Numbered from the stretch's first letter, positions 9,644 through 19,626 are shown. The stretch: DNA of 64,000 bases from Coriobacteriia bacterium (GCA_003149935.1 QAMH01000007.1:92603-156602), one strand, 5' to 3'. Program-made: numbers and translations. Notes: generated by a model from the sequence alone, not told the origin.

Positions 9644-10639
9644 ATGCTATTCAAGGAAGACGAGGCTGCGCGCGCCGAGGCACGCGCCGTACGCGAGAAC
9701 GCCGCATGGTATCGCTGGACCCACGACCTCGTGGAGGTGAAGGGTCCGGATGCGGATCGGTTCGTCCAGCACCTGTTCGTGAGCGATATGACAAAGGCGC
9801 CGGTCGGGCGCTCCAAGTACACGACCATGCTCAATGAGGACGGCAAGATCATCGACGACACCATCGTCATGCACGTAGACGATGACGTCTACTGGATCTC
9901 GACGTTGTATGCGCCCCAGTTCCTCGAGTGGGCCAGTGCGCATGACGAGGGCTTCGACGTGACGTGCACGGACATTACCAAGAGCGTGGACATGTACGCC
10001 GTGCAGGGGCCCAACTCACTTGCCATGATCAACGCTCTGGCCAGCGAGCCGGTTGACGACCTCAAGCGCTTCGCGATCATGGACGACATCATCGCGGGCG
10101 TGGACGTGAAGATCCATCGCGCGGGTTTCACGGGCGAGCTCGGCTACGAGATTTACGTGCCGATGGAGCAATCGCCGGCCATCGAGGCGGCACTTGCCGA
10201 GACCGGCGAGAAGATGGGCGTTCCCGAGCTCCAGATTCTCGAGGTGTACGTGCGCAGCATTCCGGTCGAGAAGGGTTTTGCCCTGCGACAGGACATGTAT
10301 GGCCTCACGCCCTATGAATGCGACCTGGGTTGGTCGGTTGCCATGGATACGGACTTCGTCGGCAAGGATGCGCTGCAAGTCGCGGTCGAGGCGGGCAACG
10401 ACTATAGGCTCGTGGGCCTCGAGTTTCTCAATGACTCCTATGAGGACATCGCCCAACGCGAGATCGTGTATCGCAAAGGCGTGCCCTGCGGGTTCGTGCG
10501 TGCGGCAATCTACGGCTACACCGTGGACAAGAACATCGGCTTTGCGGTCATCGAGGCTGCCAAGGCGATTAACGGCGAGGAAGTCACAGTTGGCGAGAAC
10601 GAGTCACCCGCCATCATCTGCGACAAGGTATTCGTGTAG
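9644..10639 (+). CDS. GcvT-family (aminomethyltransferase-like) folate-binding protein
   Basis: Typical GcvT-fold sequence (YAVQGPNS..., RAGFTGELGYEIYVP, C-terminal barrel). Strong RBS AGGAGG. Same family as the glycine-cleavage T protein and tetrahydrofolate-dependent demethylases. Confidence 0.8.
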   Translation: MLFKEDEAARAEARAVRENAAWYRWTHDLVEVKGPDADRFVQHLFVSDMTKAPVGRSKYTTMLNEDGKIIDDTIVMHVDDDVYWISTLYAPQFLEWASAHDEGFDVTCTDITKSVDMYAVQGPNSLAMINALASEPVDDLKRFAIMDDIIAGVDVKIHRAGFTGELGYEIYVPMEQSPAIEAALAETGEKMGVPELQILEVYVRSIPVEKGFALRQDMYGLTPYECDLGWSVAMDTDFVGKDALQVAVEAGNDYRLVGLEFLNDSYEDIAQREIVYRKGVPCGFVRAAIYGYTVDKNIGFAVIEAAKAINGEEVTVGENESPAIICDKVFV

Positions 10640-10651
10640 GGGGAGGACGCA

Positions 10652-11431
10652 ATGAAACTCGAGGGTAAATCCATAGTCGTCACCGGCGCGGTCGCCGGCA
10701 TCGGCAATGCCATCACCGAGCTGTTCGCCAACGAGGGCGCGAACATCATCGCCGTCGACAAGCAGGAGAAGCGATTGCTCGACTATTGCGCATCCGTGGA
10801 CGCGCCGGGCAAGGTCGTGCCGTTTCCGGGAGACGTGTCATTCCAGGAGACGACGGATGGCATGATCGATGCGGCGGTACGCGAGTTCGGGTGCTTCGAC
10901 GTCCTCGTGAACAACGCCGGTGTCATGGACGACAATACCGCCATCGGCGATATGAGCGATGCGATGATGGACGAGTGCTTCGCGGTGAACGCGATGGGGC
11001 CCATGCGTGCTATGCGCAAGGCCGTGCAGACCTTCATCGAGCTCAACCCGGATGCCGAGGAAGACGAAGACACCATCGGCAGCATCATCAACCTGACTTC
11101 GGTGGGCGCCGTGCATCAAACGGCCGGTGCGGCATACTGCGCATCGAAGGGCGCGCTGCTCTCGGCAACGAAGAACACCGCCTTCATGTACATCCACAAG
11201 GGCATCCGCTGCAACGCAATCGCGCCGGGCGGCATCGTCACCGAGATTCCCATCACCATGCCACCGTCGGATCCCTTCGGTTTTGGCCGCACAAGCGAGC
11301 TGCTTGTCCATTCGTCGCTGCTCGGCATGCCCGAGGACATCGCGAACGCCGCGCTCTTTCTCGCCCAGGACGAATCGCACTTCGTGAACGGAGCCGTCAT
11401 CACCGTTGATGGAGCCTGGACGACGTTCTAA
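10652..11431 (+). CDS. Short-chain dehydrogenase/reductase (SDR)
   Basis: TGAVAGIGNAI cofactor motif and YCASKGAL (YxxxK) catalytic motif. Confidence 0.9.
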   Translation: MKLEGKSIVVTGAVAGIGNAITELFANEGANIIAVDKQEKRLLDYCASVDAPGKVVPFPGDVSFQETTDGMIDAAVREFGCFDVLVNNAGVMDDNTAIGDMSDAMMDECFAVNAMGPMRAMRKAVQTFIELNPDAEEDEDTIGSIINLTSVGAVHQTAGAAYCASKGALLSATKNTAFMYIHKGIRCNAIAPGGIVTEIPITMPPSDPFGFGRTSELLVHSSLLGMPEDIANAALFLAQDESHFVNGAVITVDGAWTTF

Positions 11432-11652
11432 AAACCGCGCGCCGCTGCAATCTGGGAGAGCAGCGGCGCATCCAGCCAATCGGTGCCCTGGTCCCTCGCT
11501 CGGCCGGGGTGCCGGTCTTTCATCAATGAGACAACATCTCTGCGCAACCGCCTCATTCCAGGTGGCCAATTTCCTCGGCACTCGCGGCTCCTCGATTGCA
11601 ATCCCCTGGCGGCAAGCATTACTATTGGCCAGAGATTTCCAGAGAGGGATTC

Positions 11653-12942
11653 ATGGCAAACGATGTCGTCATTCTTGGGTTCGGCCCTGCCGCCGCCAGC
11701 GCCGTGGAGGCGTTGCGCTCGCAAGGATGCGACGCGAACGTGGACATCGTCACCGCAGGTCCCGCTTTTTGCGAAAGCCCGGTCCTGACTTCGTATAACG
11801 CAGCCGGAATCGTAGCCCGCGAGCAGGGAAGCATCTTCACTTCGGTGCTCGACGATGCCAATACGCACATCTTCCCGAACGAGGAGATCACGTCCTTAGA
11901 TACGGAAGGCCAGACCGTCAAAGCCGCAAGCGGTCGCGAGTGGCTCTATTCCGTTTGCCTGATAGCCACAGGTGCATCGCCCGTGCTTTCGGGCGAAAGC
12001 CCGCTTTTCGAATGCGATCCGCTTACGCTCAGGACCTTCGAAGACGCCGAACGCCTGAGCACGGTGCTTGCCGCACGTCCCCATGTCAGCATCCTCATCT
12101 CCGGGACCTCCATGGTCGCCCTCAAGGCGGCGGAGGCGTGCATCCGCAGGGGCGGGCAGCCGACCGTTCTGGGTCGCAGCCCTCATATCCTCAAAGGGTC
12201 GGCGCATCCCCGTGCGGCTTCCAGGATGGAGGCCCTGCTCGAAGACCAGGGAATAGAGCTCCTGCTCGGCGAGACTGCCGAAAAAGCCCACGTTCTCGAA
12301 GATGGCTCCACAAGCGTTTCCTTTTCCCACCAGGAAGAACCGAAAATTTTCGATGCGGTTCTCGTAGCCCATGGCATGAGCCCCAACATCGACTTCATCG
12401 AAAATGCCAACATACATGCCGATAGGGGAATCGTCGTCGATGCCTTCATGCGCACGAGCGTCCCTCATGTCTATGCGGCGGGAGATGTGGCAAAAGCGCC
12501 CTGCTTGTTTGGAGGAAGCAAGGTGGCCGGGCTCTGGCTCGCGGCACGTCAGCAGGGTAAGGTAGCGGGGGCGAACATGGCAAGGGAGCTTCGCGACGAG
12601 GGAAGGGCATACGCATCCGATGCCTCCGCTTTTGCCGGCAGCATGGAATATCACGGATTTCTTCCCGCGAACATCATCAAGGTCGGAGACGCGCTGTTCG
12701 CCGCTGCGGGAATGATTCCGTCGGCCGAAGATCCATTCGCGATCGAGGAGATCGAGACCGAGAACGAGTATCTGATGAAGTCCTATCTCATCCTGCAGGA
12801 CGGCCGGGCCTTGCTATGCGGTTTCAATCTCGTGGCAAAAGCCGACATGGCCGGACTCTTTGGCAAGCTGACGGATTCGATCGGGCGTATGCAGGCGGAA
12901 ATAGCCCGCAATGCGCTTCAAGGCGCATTCACCAATGTTTGA
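11653..12942 (+). CDS. FAD-dependent pyridine-nucleotide-disulfide-type oxidoreductase
   Basis: VVILGFGPAAASA FAD motif, a second dinucleotide fold (ILISGTSMVALKAAE) and AAGDVA. Start set at ATG 11653 (ORF track 11596). Confidence 0.8.
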   Translation: MANDVVILGFGPAAASAVEALRSQGCDANVDIVTAGPAFCESPVLTSYNAAGIVAREQGSIFTSVLDDANTHIFPNEEITSLDTEGQTVKAASGREWLYSVCLIATGASPVLSGESPLFECDPLTLRTFEDAERLSTVLAARPHVSILISGTSMVALKAAEACIRRGGQPTVLGRSPHILKGSAHPRAASRMEALLEDQGIELLLGETAEKAHVLEDGSTSVSFSHQEEPKIFDAVLVAHGMSPNIDFIENANIHADRGIVVDAFMRTSVPHVYAAGDVAKAPCLFGGSKVAGLWLAARQQGKVAGANMARELRDEGRAYASDASAFAGSMEYHGFLPANIIKVGDALFAAAGMIPSAEDPFAIEEIETENEYLMKSYLILQDGRALLCGFNLVAKADMAGLFGKLTDSIGRMQAEIARNALQGAFTNV

Positions 12943-12969
12943 CGGTTTCATGAGCGAGACGGAGGAGAG

Positions 12970-15135
12970 ATGAACGAGCGCGAGCTGAGGGAAAAGGGCA
13001 AGGTCCCCGGTCCGGAGACGGGCATCGAAATCAAGAAGTCCATCTGCACGATTTGCGACCCGACCACGCAATGCGGGCTTGACCTGTTCGTGAAGGATGG
13101 CAAGATCATTCGAGTCGAGGGTTCGAAGGAGGCCCCGCATTCTCACGGCAGCCTGTGCTCGAAGGGTGCGGCCACGCGGCAATATGTCTATAGTCCCGAC
13201 CGGCTGAAGACCCCGCTGCGGCGTGTGGGCGAGCGTGGCGAGGGCAAGTTCGAGCCAATCAGCTGGGATGAGGCCCTGGACGAAATCGCCAAAAACCTCA
13301 ATGCCGCAAAGGCGGAGTATGGCCCGGAATCGGTCATCTTCTTCGCGGGCTACCCCAAGCACCACAGGCCGTTCTTGCAGCGTCTTGCCATGAGCTTTGG
13401 TTCGCCGAATTACTGCACCGAATCGAGCACGTGCTCGACGGCAACCATCATGGCCCAGCAGCTCACCTATGGTGCGCCTGCAGCCCCGGACAACGGTGAG
13501 TCGGCTTGCATAATGATGTGGTCCAACAACCCGGCAGCGTCAAGGACGCTCATATGTGAAGGATTGTTCAATCGTTTGGACAAGGGGACGAAGCTGATAG
13601 TGGTCGACCCTCGCGTCACCCCTTTCGCGGCTCGTGCAGACATTCACTTGCAGCTGCGCCCCGGCACCGACGGCGCGCTGGCGCTTGCGATGGCCAATGT
13701 CATCATCGAAGAGAACCTCTACGATGCCAACTTCGTCGCCAATTGGACGGTCGGTTTCGAGGAATACGCCAAGCTTGCCGCCGAGATGACTCCGGAAAGG
13801 GCGCAGGACATCACGGGCGTTGACGCGAGCTTGATTCGCGAGGCGGCCCGGATGTACGCGACCACGAAGCCCGCGAGTATCATGACCAGCGCGGCACCTG
13901 TGGTCCATCACACGAATGGCGTGCAGAACTACCGTGCGGTGTTCTGCCTCATCGGATTGACCGGCAACTTCGACATCCATGGTGGGAACCTCATGAACAG
14001 GCCCTCGCTGGTGCACATACCGGGAGGTTTCCCCACGCGCGAGGGCGAGTTCACCTTGGCGTCCCGTCTGAAGGATTTGCCGGAAAGGATTGGCTCCCGC
14101 CGTTTCCCGGTATGGGATCGGTTGACTACGCAAGCGCAGGCGTGCGATATCCCAAGGCAGATTCTGACCGAGGATCCCTACCCGCTCAAGGCCGCGTTTT
14201 GCATGGGCTTCAACCATAGGATGTTCCCCGATTCGCAAGGCTTCATCGACGCCTTCAGCAAACTCGACTTCATAGCGGTGGCAGATCCCTTCCTGACCGA
14301 CAGCGCCAAGTATGCCGACATCGTCTTGCCGGTATGCACCTCGGTGGAGCGCAGCGAAGCGCGGTGCTGGCCCATGGGCTACGTGATGCTCTCGCAGCCC
14401 GCGATAGATCCGGTGGGGCAGTCCCGCTCCGATGTCGATATCATCGCGCAGCTGAGCCGTGAGCTGGGTCTGGGCGATGACCTGCTCGAGTCGGGATTCG
14501 ATGCGTGCCTGGATTGGATGCTCGAGCCCAGCGCCCTGTCCGTTGCAGAGCTCAAGAAGCATCCGGCCGGGATGTTCGTCCCCGATTTCAAGAAGCCCGC
14601 CGAGAGGAAGTACGTCGATCAGGGATTCAAGACCCCGTCGGGCAAGTTCGAATTTGCCTCCAGCGTGCTCTCCGAAATGGACGGCGAGGGATTCGAGGCG
14701 CTTCCCTCTTTCCGGGAGCCGGCTATAAGCCCCGTCTCGCAGCCGGAGATTGCCAAGGAGTACCCGTTCGTCCTGTCCGTCGGTGCTCGCAAGCCCATGT
14801 TCCAGCACAGTCGCACCTTCCGCATTCCCTGGATTCGCCAGTTCGCGCCAGATCCTGTCTGCGACATGAATCCGGCCGACGCCAAGCGTGTCGGCATCGC
14901 CGAGGGCGAGGAAGTCGAGCTCATGACGCCGGAGGGAAGCGTTTTTGTGAAGGCGCATCTGGACGAGATGATTCGCGAAGGTGACGTGCACCTCTATCAT
15001 GACTGGCCCGAGGCCAATGGAAACGACCTCATGTCGGGCGATTACCTCGATCCCATTTCGGGCTTCCCGGGATACAGGTCCCTGCTCTGCAAGGTGGTCC
15101 CCGCCCGCACGAGCGTCAATGCGAAGGAGGCTTAG
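12970..15135 (+). CDS. Molybdopterin (bis-MGD) oxidoreductase catalytic subunit, cytoplasmic type (721 aa)
   Basis: N-terminal 4-Cys Fe-S motif CTICDPTTQC...LCSKG followed by MopB-type and C-terminal dinucleotide-binding regions. No RRxFLK twin-arginine motif. Confidence 0.9.
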   Translation: MNERELREKGKVPGPETGIEIKKSICTICDPTTQCGLDLFVKDGKIIRVEGSKEAPHSHGSLCSKGAATRQYVYSPDRLKTPLRRVGERGEGKFEPISWDEALDEIAKNLNAAKAEYGPESVIFFAGYPKHHRPFLQRLAMSFGSPNYCTESSTCSTATIMAQQLTYGAPAAPDNGESACIMMWSNNPAASRTLICEGLFNRLDKGTKLIVVDPRVTPFAARADIHLQLRPGTDGALALAMANVIIEENLYDANFVANWTVGFEEYAKLAAEMTPERAQDITGVDASLIREAARMYATTKPASIMTSAAPVVHHTNGVQNYRAVFCLIGLTGNFDIHGGNLMNRPSLVHIPGGFPTREGEFTLASRLKDLPERIGSRRFPVWDRLTTQAQACDIPRQILTEDPYPLKAAFCMGFNHRMFPDSQGFIDAFSKLDFIAVADPFLTDSAKYADIVLPVCTSVERSEARCWPMGYVMLSQPAIDPVGQSRSDVDIIAQLSRELGLGDDLLESGFDACLDWMLEPSALSVAELKKHPAGMFVPDFKKPAERKYVDQGFKTPSGKFEFASSVLSEMDGEGFEALPSFREPAISPVSQPEIAKEYPFVLSVGARKPMFQHSRTFRIPWIRQFAPDPVCDMNPADAKRVGIAEGEEVELMTPEGSVFVKAHLDEMIREGDVHLYHDWPEANGNDLMSGDYLDPISGFPGYRSLLCKVVPARTSVNAKEA

Positions 15136-15137
15136 GC

Positions 15138-15647
15138 ATGACTTCCAAAGATACCAAGAGCATCGTCTTCAAGTCCGACCGCTGCATAGGATGCTATTCG
15201 TGCGTCGTGTCATGCATGGATCAGAACGACCTCGATGTCGCGAAGGATGGCTTGTCTTGGCGAATCGTCGAACACGTTCCCGGGAAGCTGGCGGGCAGGC
15301 AGCGTGGCAACGCCAGCGTCTCGATCGCCTGCATGCATTGCGAAGATGCGGTGTGCATAGCCGCGTGCCCTGCAGGGGCGATAACGCGAGATGCCGCAAC
15401 GGGATCCGTGCTGGTGGACGATGGCCTGTGCATCGGCTGTCATGCCTGCGCGATGGCCTGCCCGTTTGGGGCCCCTCGTTTTGGGAGTAGCGGGAAGATG
15501 CAGAAATGCGACGGGTGCTATGCCAGAACGCAGTTCGGGCTGGAACCAGCGTGCGTCAGGAACTGCCCGACCCACGCGCTCGTCTACGAACCGGTTAATG
15601 CCTCGATGGACGAGAAGGCGGCCAGCGCAGCCCGAAAGCTCGTGTAG
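15138..15647 (+). CDS. 4Fe-4S dicluster ferredoxin-type subunit (169 aa)
   Basis: CIGCYSCVVSC, CMHCEDAVCIAACP, CIGCHACAMACP and CDGC...C motifs. Starts 3 nt after the Mo subunit stop. Confidence 0.9.
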   Translation: MTSKDTKSIVFKSDRCIGCYSCVVSCMDQNDLDVAKDGLSWRIVEHVPGKLAGRQRGNASVSIACMHCEDAVCIAACPAGAITRDAATGSVLVDDGLCIGCHACAMACPFGAPRFGSSGKMQKCDGCYARTQFGLEPACVRNCPTHALVYEPVNASMDEKAASAARKLV

Positions 15648-15759
15648 TTGCGGACGCCGGAACGCCGCGTCATGTTAGGTGGAGTGAGCGACGGGGCTTT
15701 TCCGATGCAATGGAAAATGACGGGGCAAATCCTGCGGGATTTCTGCTCAGATGGAAACC

Positions 15760-16416
15760 TCATTCATTGGCGATGCCGTATTTCTCCACGGTCCGCGCGA
15801 GCTTCTTCTCGTAGCAGGAGTGTGCCGTGTACAGCACCGCGCACGGGTTGTTACCGGCGAGGAAGTCCTTCGTGGCAAAGGTCGTGACGGGTGCATCGGA
15901 GTACTTGCAGAAGAGGGCGTCGTGTCCCACGCATATGCCCATGAGGATGTTCAGGTCCGTCTTCGCTTCGTTGAGGAGAAGCGCCTGCATGATGGGATTG
16001 CAGACGACGCCTCCTTCGCCGCCCCTTGTCGGGGGCTCGAGGTCGAGGTCGGCCCTCCGGTTGCTCTCGAGCTTGCAGCCAACCGTCTCGACACAAAAGC
16101 CCGCTTGTTCAAGCAGCTTGGCCAGAATGCGCGTCTCGCGTAGCATGATGGTGCACGACGCGATGCCGATGTGGATGGCGCCGATGAGGTTCGCAAACTT
16201 GATGGTGTCCTGCACGCGTGTGGAATTCACCGTCTCCTCGCTGACCATCGCGGCGGCTTGCATGATGACGTGGTTTTCGGGAAGCGCGTATAGACGTTGC
16301 GCCTCGTCATGTAGCGCAGACGAGACCGCGCCCTGCGCGCAAAACCCCGGTCCTTCGCGATCGGTGTATTCGCATGCGGTGGTTCCGCAGCTCATGCAAT
16401 TGAGCTTTGATTCCAT
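15760..16416 (-). CDS. DUF1847-like Cys-rich putative metal-binding protein, copy 1
   Basis: MESKLNCMSCGTTACEY... N-terminal CxxC. Near-identical paralog at 23141-23806. Start set at ATG 16416 behind a GGGAGG RBS, because the ORF-track extension to 16593 runs across a tRNA gene. The DUF name is from memory. Confidence 0.75.
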   Translation of the reverse strand: MESKLNCMSCGTTACEYTDREGPGFCAQGAVSSALHDEAQRLYALPENHVIMQAAAMVSEETVNSTRVQDTIKFANLIGAIHIGIASCTIMLRETRILAKLLEQAGFCVETVGCKLESNRRADLDLEPPTRGGEGGVVCNPIMQALLLNEAKTDLNILMGICVGHDALFCKYSDAPVTTFATKDFLAGNNPCAVLYTAHSCYEKKLARTVEKYGIANE

Positions 16417-16505
16417 GGTCCCTCCCGATTGGATCTCGCGGGTCGCAGATATGACGACCAATATCATACGACCCCGCTCGAAGGAACGGGGCCGTGGGGT
16501 CATGA

Positions 16506-16580
16506 TGGAGCGGGCGACGGGACTCGAACCCGCGGATACCAGCTTGGGAAGCTGGGGCCTTACCACTTGGCGACGCCCGC
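16506..16580 (-). tRNA. tRNA-Gly(CCC), intact, CCA-encoded
   Basis: GCGGGCGTCGCCAAGTGGTAAGGCCCCAGCTTCCCAAGCTGGTATCCGCGGGTTCGAGTCCCGTCGCCCGCTCCA. It has a perfect 7-bp acceptor stem, a 5-bp anticodon stem CCAGC/GCTGG, loop TTCCCAA, T-loop TTCGAGT and U73. Confidence 0.9.
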
Positions 16581-16630
16581 ATTGAGTGAGCATTATACCG
16601 CTACCTCATCCTTTACTCTGGTCATTTTGG

Positions 16631-17326
16631 CTACTCCTCAATAATGACACCAAGGCGCCGGGCCAGCGCAGCGGCCTGATAGAGCCCGAGCTTCGCGCCG
16701 TACACCTCGTCCATGGCGTCCGATATGGCAATGCCCTCGAGCTGACATGACGTGAAATCGAGGCCGACGAGCTTCGTGCGAAAGAAACTCGTTCCAACGA
16801 AGCGGTCGTCATCGAGCGAGATGCCGCGCAGTTCCATTTCAGACATGTCCGCTGACAAGAAATCGCAGGTGCGAATATGGACAGTCTTCCAGAGGCATCG
16901 GTTGAATGCGCCGTAGGCAAATGTGCACCCGTCTGCGGCGACATGCTTCCAGAGTGCCTCGGCAAAGGACGCGCCGGCGAACTTGCTGTCGCTGAACGTG
17001 CAGCGCGTGAACGCGGCGTTGTCGAATACGCTGTTGGAGAAGTCACAACCATCGAAGGCGATATCGGTGAAAAGCGCACCGGTGAAGTCGCAATCAAGGA
17101 ACTGGCAGTTGGAGATGCGGCCACCGGAAACCTCAAGTTCGACGAATTCCGCTTCCGCAGCATGGAGCCCACGCAATTCAACGGCTTCGAGCGTTCCACG
17201 GTCGGGATCGCAAAGAACGTTCAAAGGCAGTTCGTCGAGGGAAGTGACTATGCGAGGCGCAGCCAGCTTGTAAGACGATGACGCCTTGTCGTAGGCAGCT
17301 TGTGCTGAACTAGGAAAAACGTGCAT
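16631..17326 (-). CDS. Pentapeptide-repeat protein
   Basis: Long runs of A(D/N)LxX-type pentapeptides (CDFSNSVFDNAAFTRCTFSDSKFAGASFAEALW...). Start at ATG 17326 behind an AAGGAGGGG RBS. Confidence 0.8.
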   Translation of the reverse strand: MHVFPSSAQAAYDKASSSYKLAAPRIVTSLDELPLNVLCDPDRGTLEAVELRGLHAAEAEFVELEVSGGRISNCQFLDCDFTGALFTDIAFDGCDFSNSVFDNAAFTRCTFSDSKFAGASFAEALWKHVAADGCTFAYGAFNRCLWKTVHIRTCDFLSADMSEMELRGISLDDDRFVGTSFFRTKLVGLDFTSCQLEGIAISDAMDEVYGAKLGLYQAAALARRLGVIIEE

Positions 17327-17615
17327 GCCCCTCCTTCTCTTCAGCGCCAATGCAATGTAGAGGGCGTCTTATATGTTTGCTACTATCTAGCTATGATATC
17401 GCACGCAACCTCTGCTTTCCCTTTAGCGTTCCATAGCCACGAGTTGGACGGTCAGGAAGTCATGCAACGACTCTCGTAGGACGGGATCAGATAGCCCGCC
17501 TCCTCACAGGCAGCGCTTTGGAAAGCGACGCCTCCAGGTTCCCGGCCTTCCGGCTCTGGTCAAGTTCGGAGCAAGAATAATGAGTCGTTAACGCGGCGAT
17601 TCAAGCGCGGCATAC

Positions 17616-18074
17616 TTATGCAGCGCACCCGAGCTCGCTGAGCGCCGTGAGAGTCGCATCCACGTTCTCGGCGTGCCAGTTCTTGTATCCACCGGTGTAT
17701 TGCGAGGCGTATATGCCCGAGAGTCGGACGTCGCTCAGCTCCTTCTGCTGAGTGGTGAGACGTACGCCGCCACTGTTCGTCTCAATATCGATGATCACGT
17801 TGAGCAAGTCATCGACGAGCTTCACCGATTCGATCTCCGAATAGGGGACGACGAGGGAGACGTCCCGTTCGAGAGTCGACCAACAAGGGTCGAAGGGAAG
17901 CAGGATCATCTCGTTTTCGCACATCTGGAGGACAGCGACATCGCACGCACTGAAGAATCGGACGATCTTCTCGCTCAGATCTCCCGCCGCGCCTTTGACG
18001 ATGATGCATCTACCTTCCAGAGGCGTATATCCTGCCTCGATTGCGTATTCCCATACCTTTTCCTCGCGAGCCAT
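17616..18074 (-). CDS. Hypothetical protein (152 aa)
   Basis: Clean ORF co-oriented with its neighbours. No motif recognised. Confidence 0.5.
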   Translation of the reverse strand: MAREEKVWEYAIEAGYTPLEGRCIIVKGAAGDLSEKIVRFFSACDVAVLQMCENEMILLPFDPCWSTLERDVSLVVPYSEIESVKLVDDLLNVIIDIETNSGGVRLTTQQKELSDVRLSGIYASQYTGGYKNWHAENVDATLTALSELGCAA

Positions 18075-18113
18075 GGTTATTCTGCCCCTTTCGCTATCGA
18101 TGATTTACCTGTT

Positions 18114-18317
18114 CTATTCTTCGATGGGAGTGACGATGGGCTTGCCGTCTGCACCAACAAGCGCGGTCATGCCGGTGCAGCTGACACCAGAAGATGCTAG
18201 AAAGCCTGCCAGGAGATAATTCACTCCAGTCTGGCGGTCGACGAGAACGTATGTGCGATTCGCCAGGCCATGTCGTTGCATGTATGCCTGGACGAAACGA
18301 TCGCCATTTTCTTTCAT
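18114..18317 (-). CDS. Small conserved hypothetical protein (DUF6440-like, from memory)
   Basis: ...LVDRQTGVNYLLAG...MTALVGADGKPIV pattern. Start at ATG 18317 (ORF track 18389). Confidence 0.5.
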   Translation of the reverse strand: MKENGDRFVQAYMQRHGLANRTYVLVDRQTGVNYLLAGFLASSGVSCTGMTALVGADGKPIVTPIEE

Positions 18318-18580
18318 CGGGGAATTCCTTTCGTGTGAACCCGCAGGGTGTATGTGCCGCTTGGAGTTGATGAAAAGCGGCCTTTGCAAACATCATTCTT
18401 CTCATTCGTCCCTATGCCTGCAAGCGAATAATTACCGCAAAATGCCTGTTCAGATGAGTTGTCAAAGGATTTTGACAAGAGCATTCGTGGCATCCGCATC
18501 CCTTTGTCAGGCGCGTGACCTATCATTTCGGTCTACATGGCATCGGGATACGCCGATGGGCAAGCGGAAGGAAGAGGGCA

Positions 18581-19195
18581 ATGGAACTTGCTCGGCAACT
18601 GAAAGCAAAGCGGGAGGAGCATGGCCTTTCCCAAGATGAGGTCGCGAAGGCGATATTCGTGTCGCGTCAGACCGTCTCGAACTGGGAGACCGACAAGACC
18701 TATCCGGATGTGCAGAGCCTGCTCTTGCTGAGCCAGCTGTTCGGCGTTTCCATAGACGAGCTCATCAAAGGGGATGCTGCTGCAATGCAGCAGGCCATCG
18801 AGGAGGACTCGCGCAAGATGAGGCTGCTGTCGATTGGCATGCTCGCCTTTTCGGGACTGGCCTTCCTCTTCCTCCTCGTGTTCTCGCTAGTCTGGCAAGA
18901 ACCGTCGGGCTTTGCCCGCATGAGCAAGGGCAACATCGCGGGAGCGGCCACGTTCGTCGTGCTCTATGCCATCGGATTCGGGATGGCCATCGCCATCGAT
19001 CGCTTGAAGAAGAAGCACGACATCGTTACCTACCGCGAAATTGACCGGTTCCTCAAGGGGGAGTTTGACGGCGAGCCCGACTCGCAGGGCTTCGCGCGCA
19101 GGCACCCGGCCCTCGGCGTGATGGTGAAGCTCCTCGGCGGCGCCGTTATTGGATTGATGCTAGCGGGGTTGCTCCTCGTGCTTGAGGGGTGCTAA
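18581..19195 (+). CDS. XRE-family HTH regulator with C-terminal transmembrane segments
   Basis: LSQDEVAKAIFVSRQTVSNWETDKTYPDVQSLLLLSQLFGVSIDELI, followed by hydrophobic helices. Start at ATG 18581. Confidence 0.8.
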   Translation: MELARQLKAKREEHGLSQDEVAKAIFVSRQTVSNWETDKTYPDVQSLLLLSQLFGVSIDELIKGDAAAMQQAIEEDSRKMRLLSIGMLAFSGLAFLFLLVFSLVWQEPSGFARMSKGNIAGAATFVVLYAIGFGMAIAIDRLKKKHDIVTYREIDRFLKGEFDGEPDSQGFARRHPALGVMVKLLGGAVIGLMLAGLLLVLEGC

Positions 19196-19215
19196 TCCCG
19201 CTGTCGATTTACTCC

Positions 19216-19626
19216 CTATGCCAGTTGCTCGCCGGCCGTGGGACCCGCAGCCATCTGGTACACCGCGTCCACATGGATGAAGCAGCCGCCCTTCGCCTTG
19301 ATGGGAAGCCCCATGGAGGCGAACTTGGCGTCCACCATCTCCTTCTGGACGGCGAACTCGTCACCTTCGTTGACGTAGCGTGCCGTGCCATGAATCTGAT
19401 AGGCGTCGTGTCCCGTCCAGAACGCGACGGCGACCTTCTGGTTCTCCTTCAGGTTGGCCAACGTCTTCTTGAAGAACTGGTCGGAGATGTAGACCGTTTC
19501 CTCGTCGATGACGGTCTTCATGCCGATGGCGGCTCCGTTGGGCGTCCCGTCGGCAGATGCCGTGCACAGGACCATGTTCTCGGCCGTTTCGAATAGTTCC
19601 CTCACGTCTTGGGCCATGGCTGCCAT
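19216..19626 (-). CDS. Pyridoxamine-5'-phosphate-oxidase-like FMN-binding split-barrel protein, copy 1
   Basis: Near-identical paralog at 23866-24276. Start at ATG 19626 behind an AAGGAAG RBS. Family call is by overall sequence pattern and carries medium confidence. Confidence 0.7.
   Translation of the reverse strand: MAAMAQDVRELFETAENMVLCTASADGTPNGAAIGMKTVIDEETVYISDQFFKKTLANLKENQKVAVAFWTGHDAYQIHGTARYVNEGDEFAVQKEMVDAKFASMGLPIKAKGGCFIHVDAVYQMAAGPTAGEQLA

Noticed and set aside
16417-16593. N-terminal extension of the DUF1847-like ORF (ORF track 15760-16593)
   Set aside because: The extension runs straight through the tRNA-Gly gene. The paralog starts at the equivalent MESKL, and a GGGAGG RBS precedes ATG 16416.
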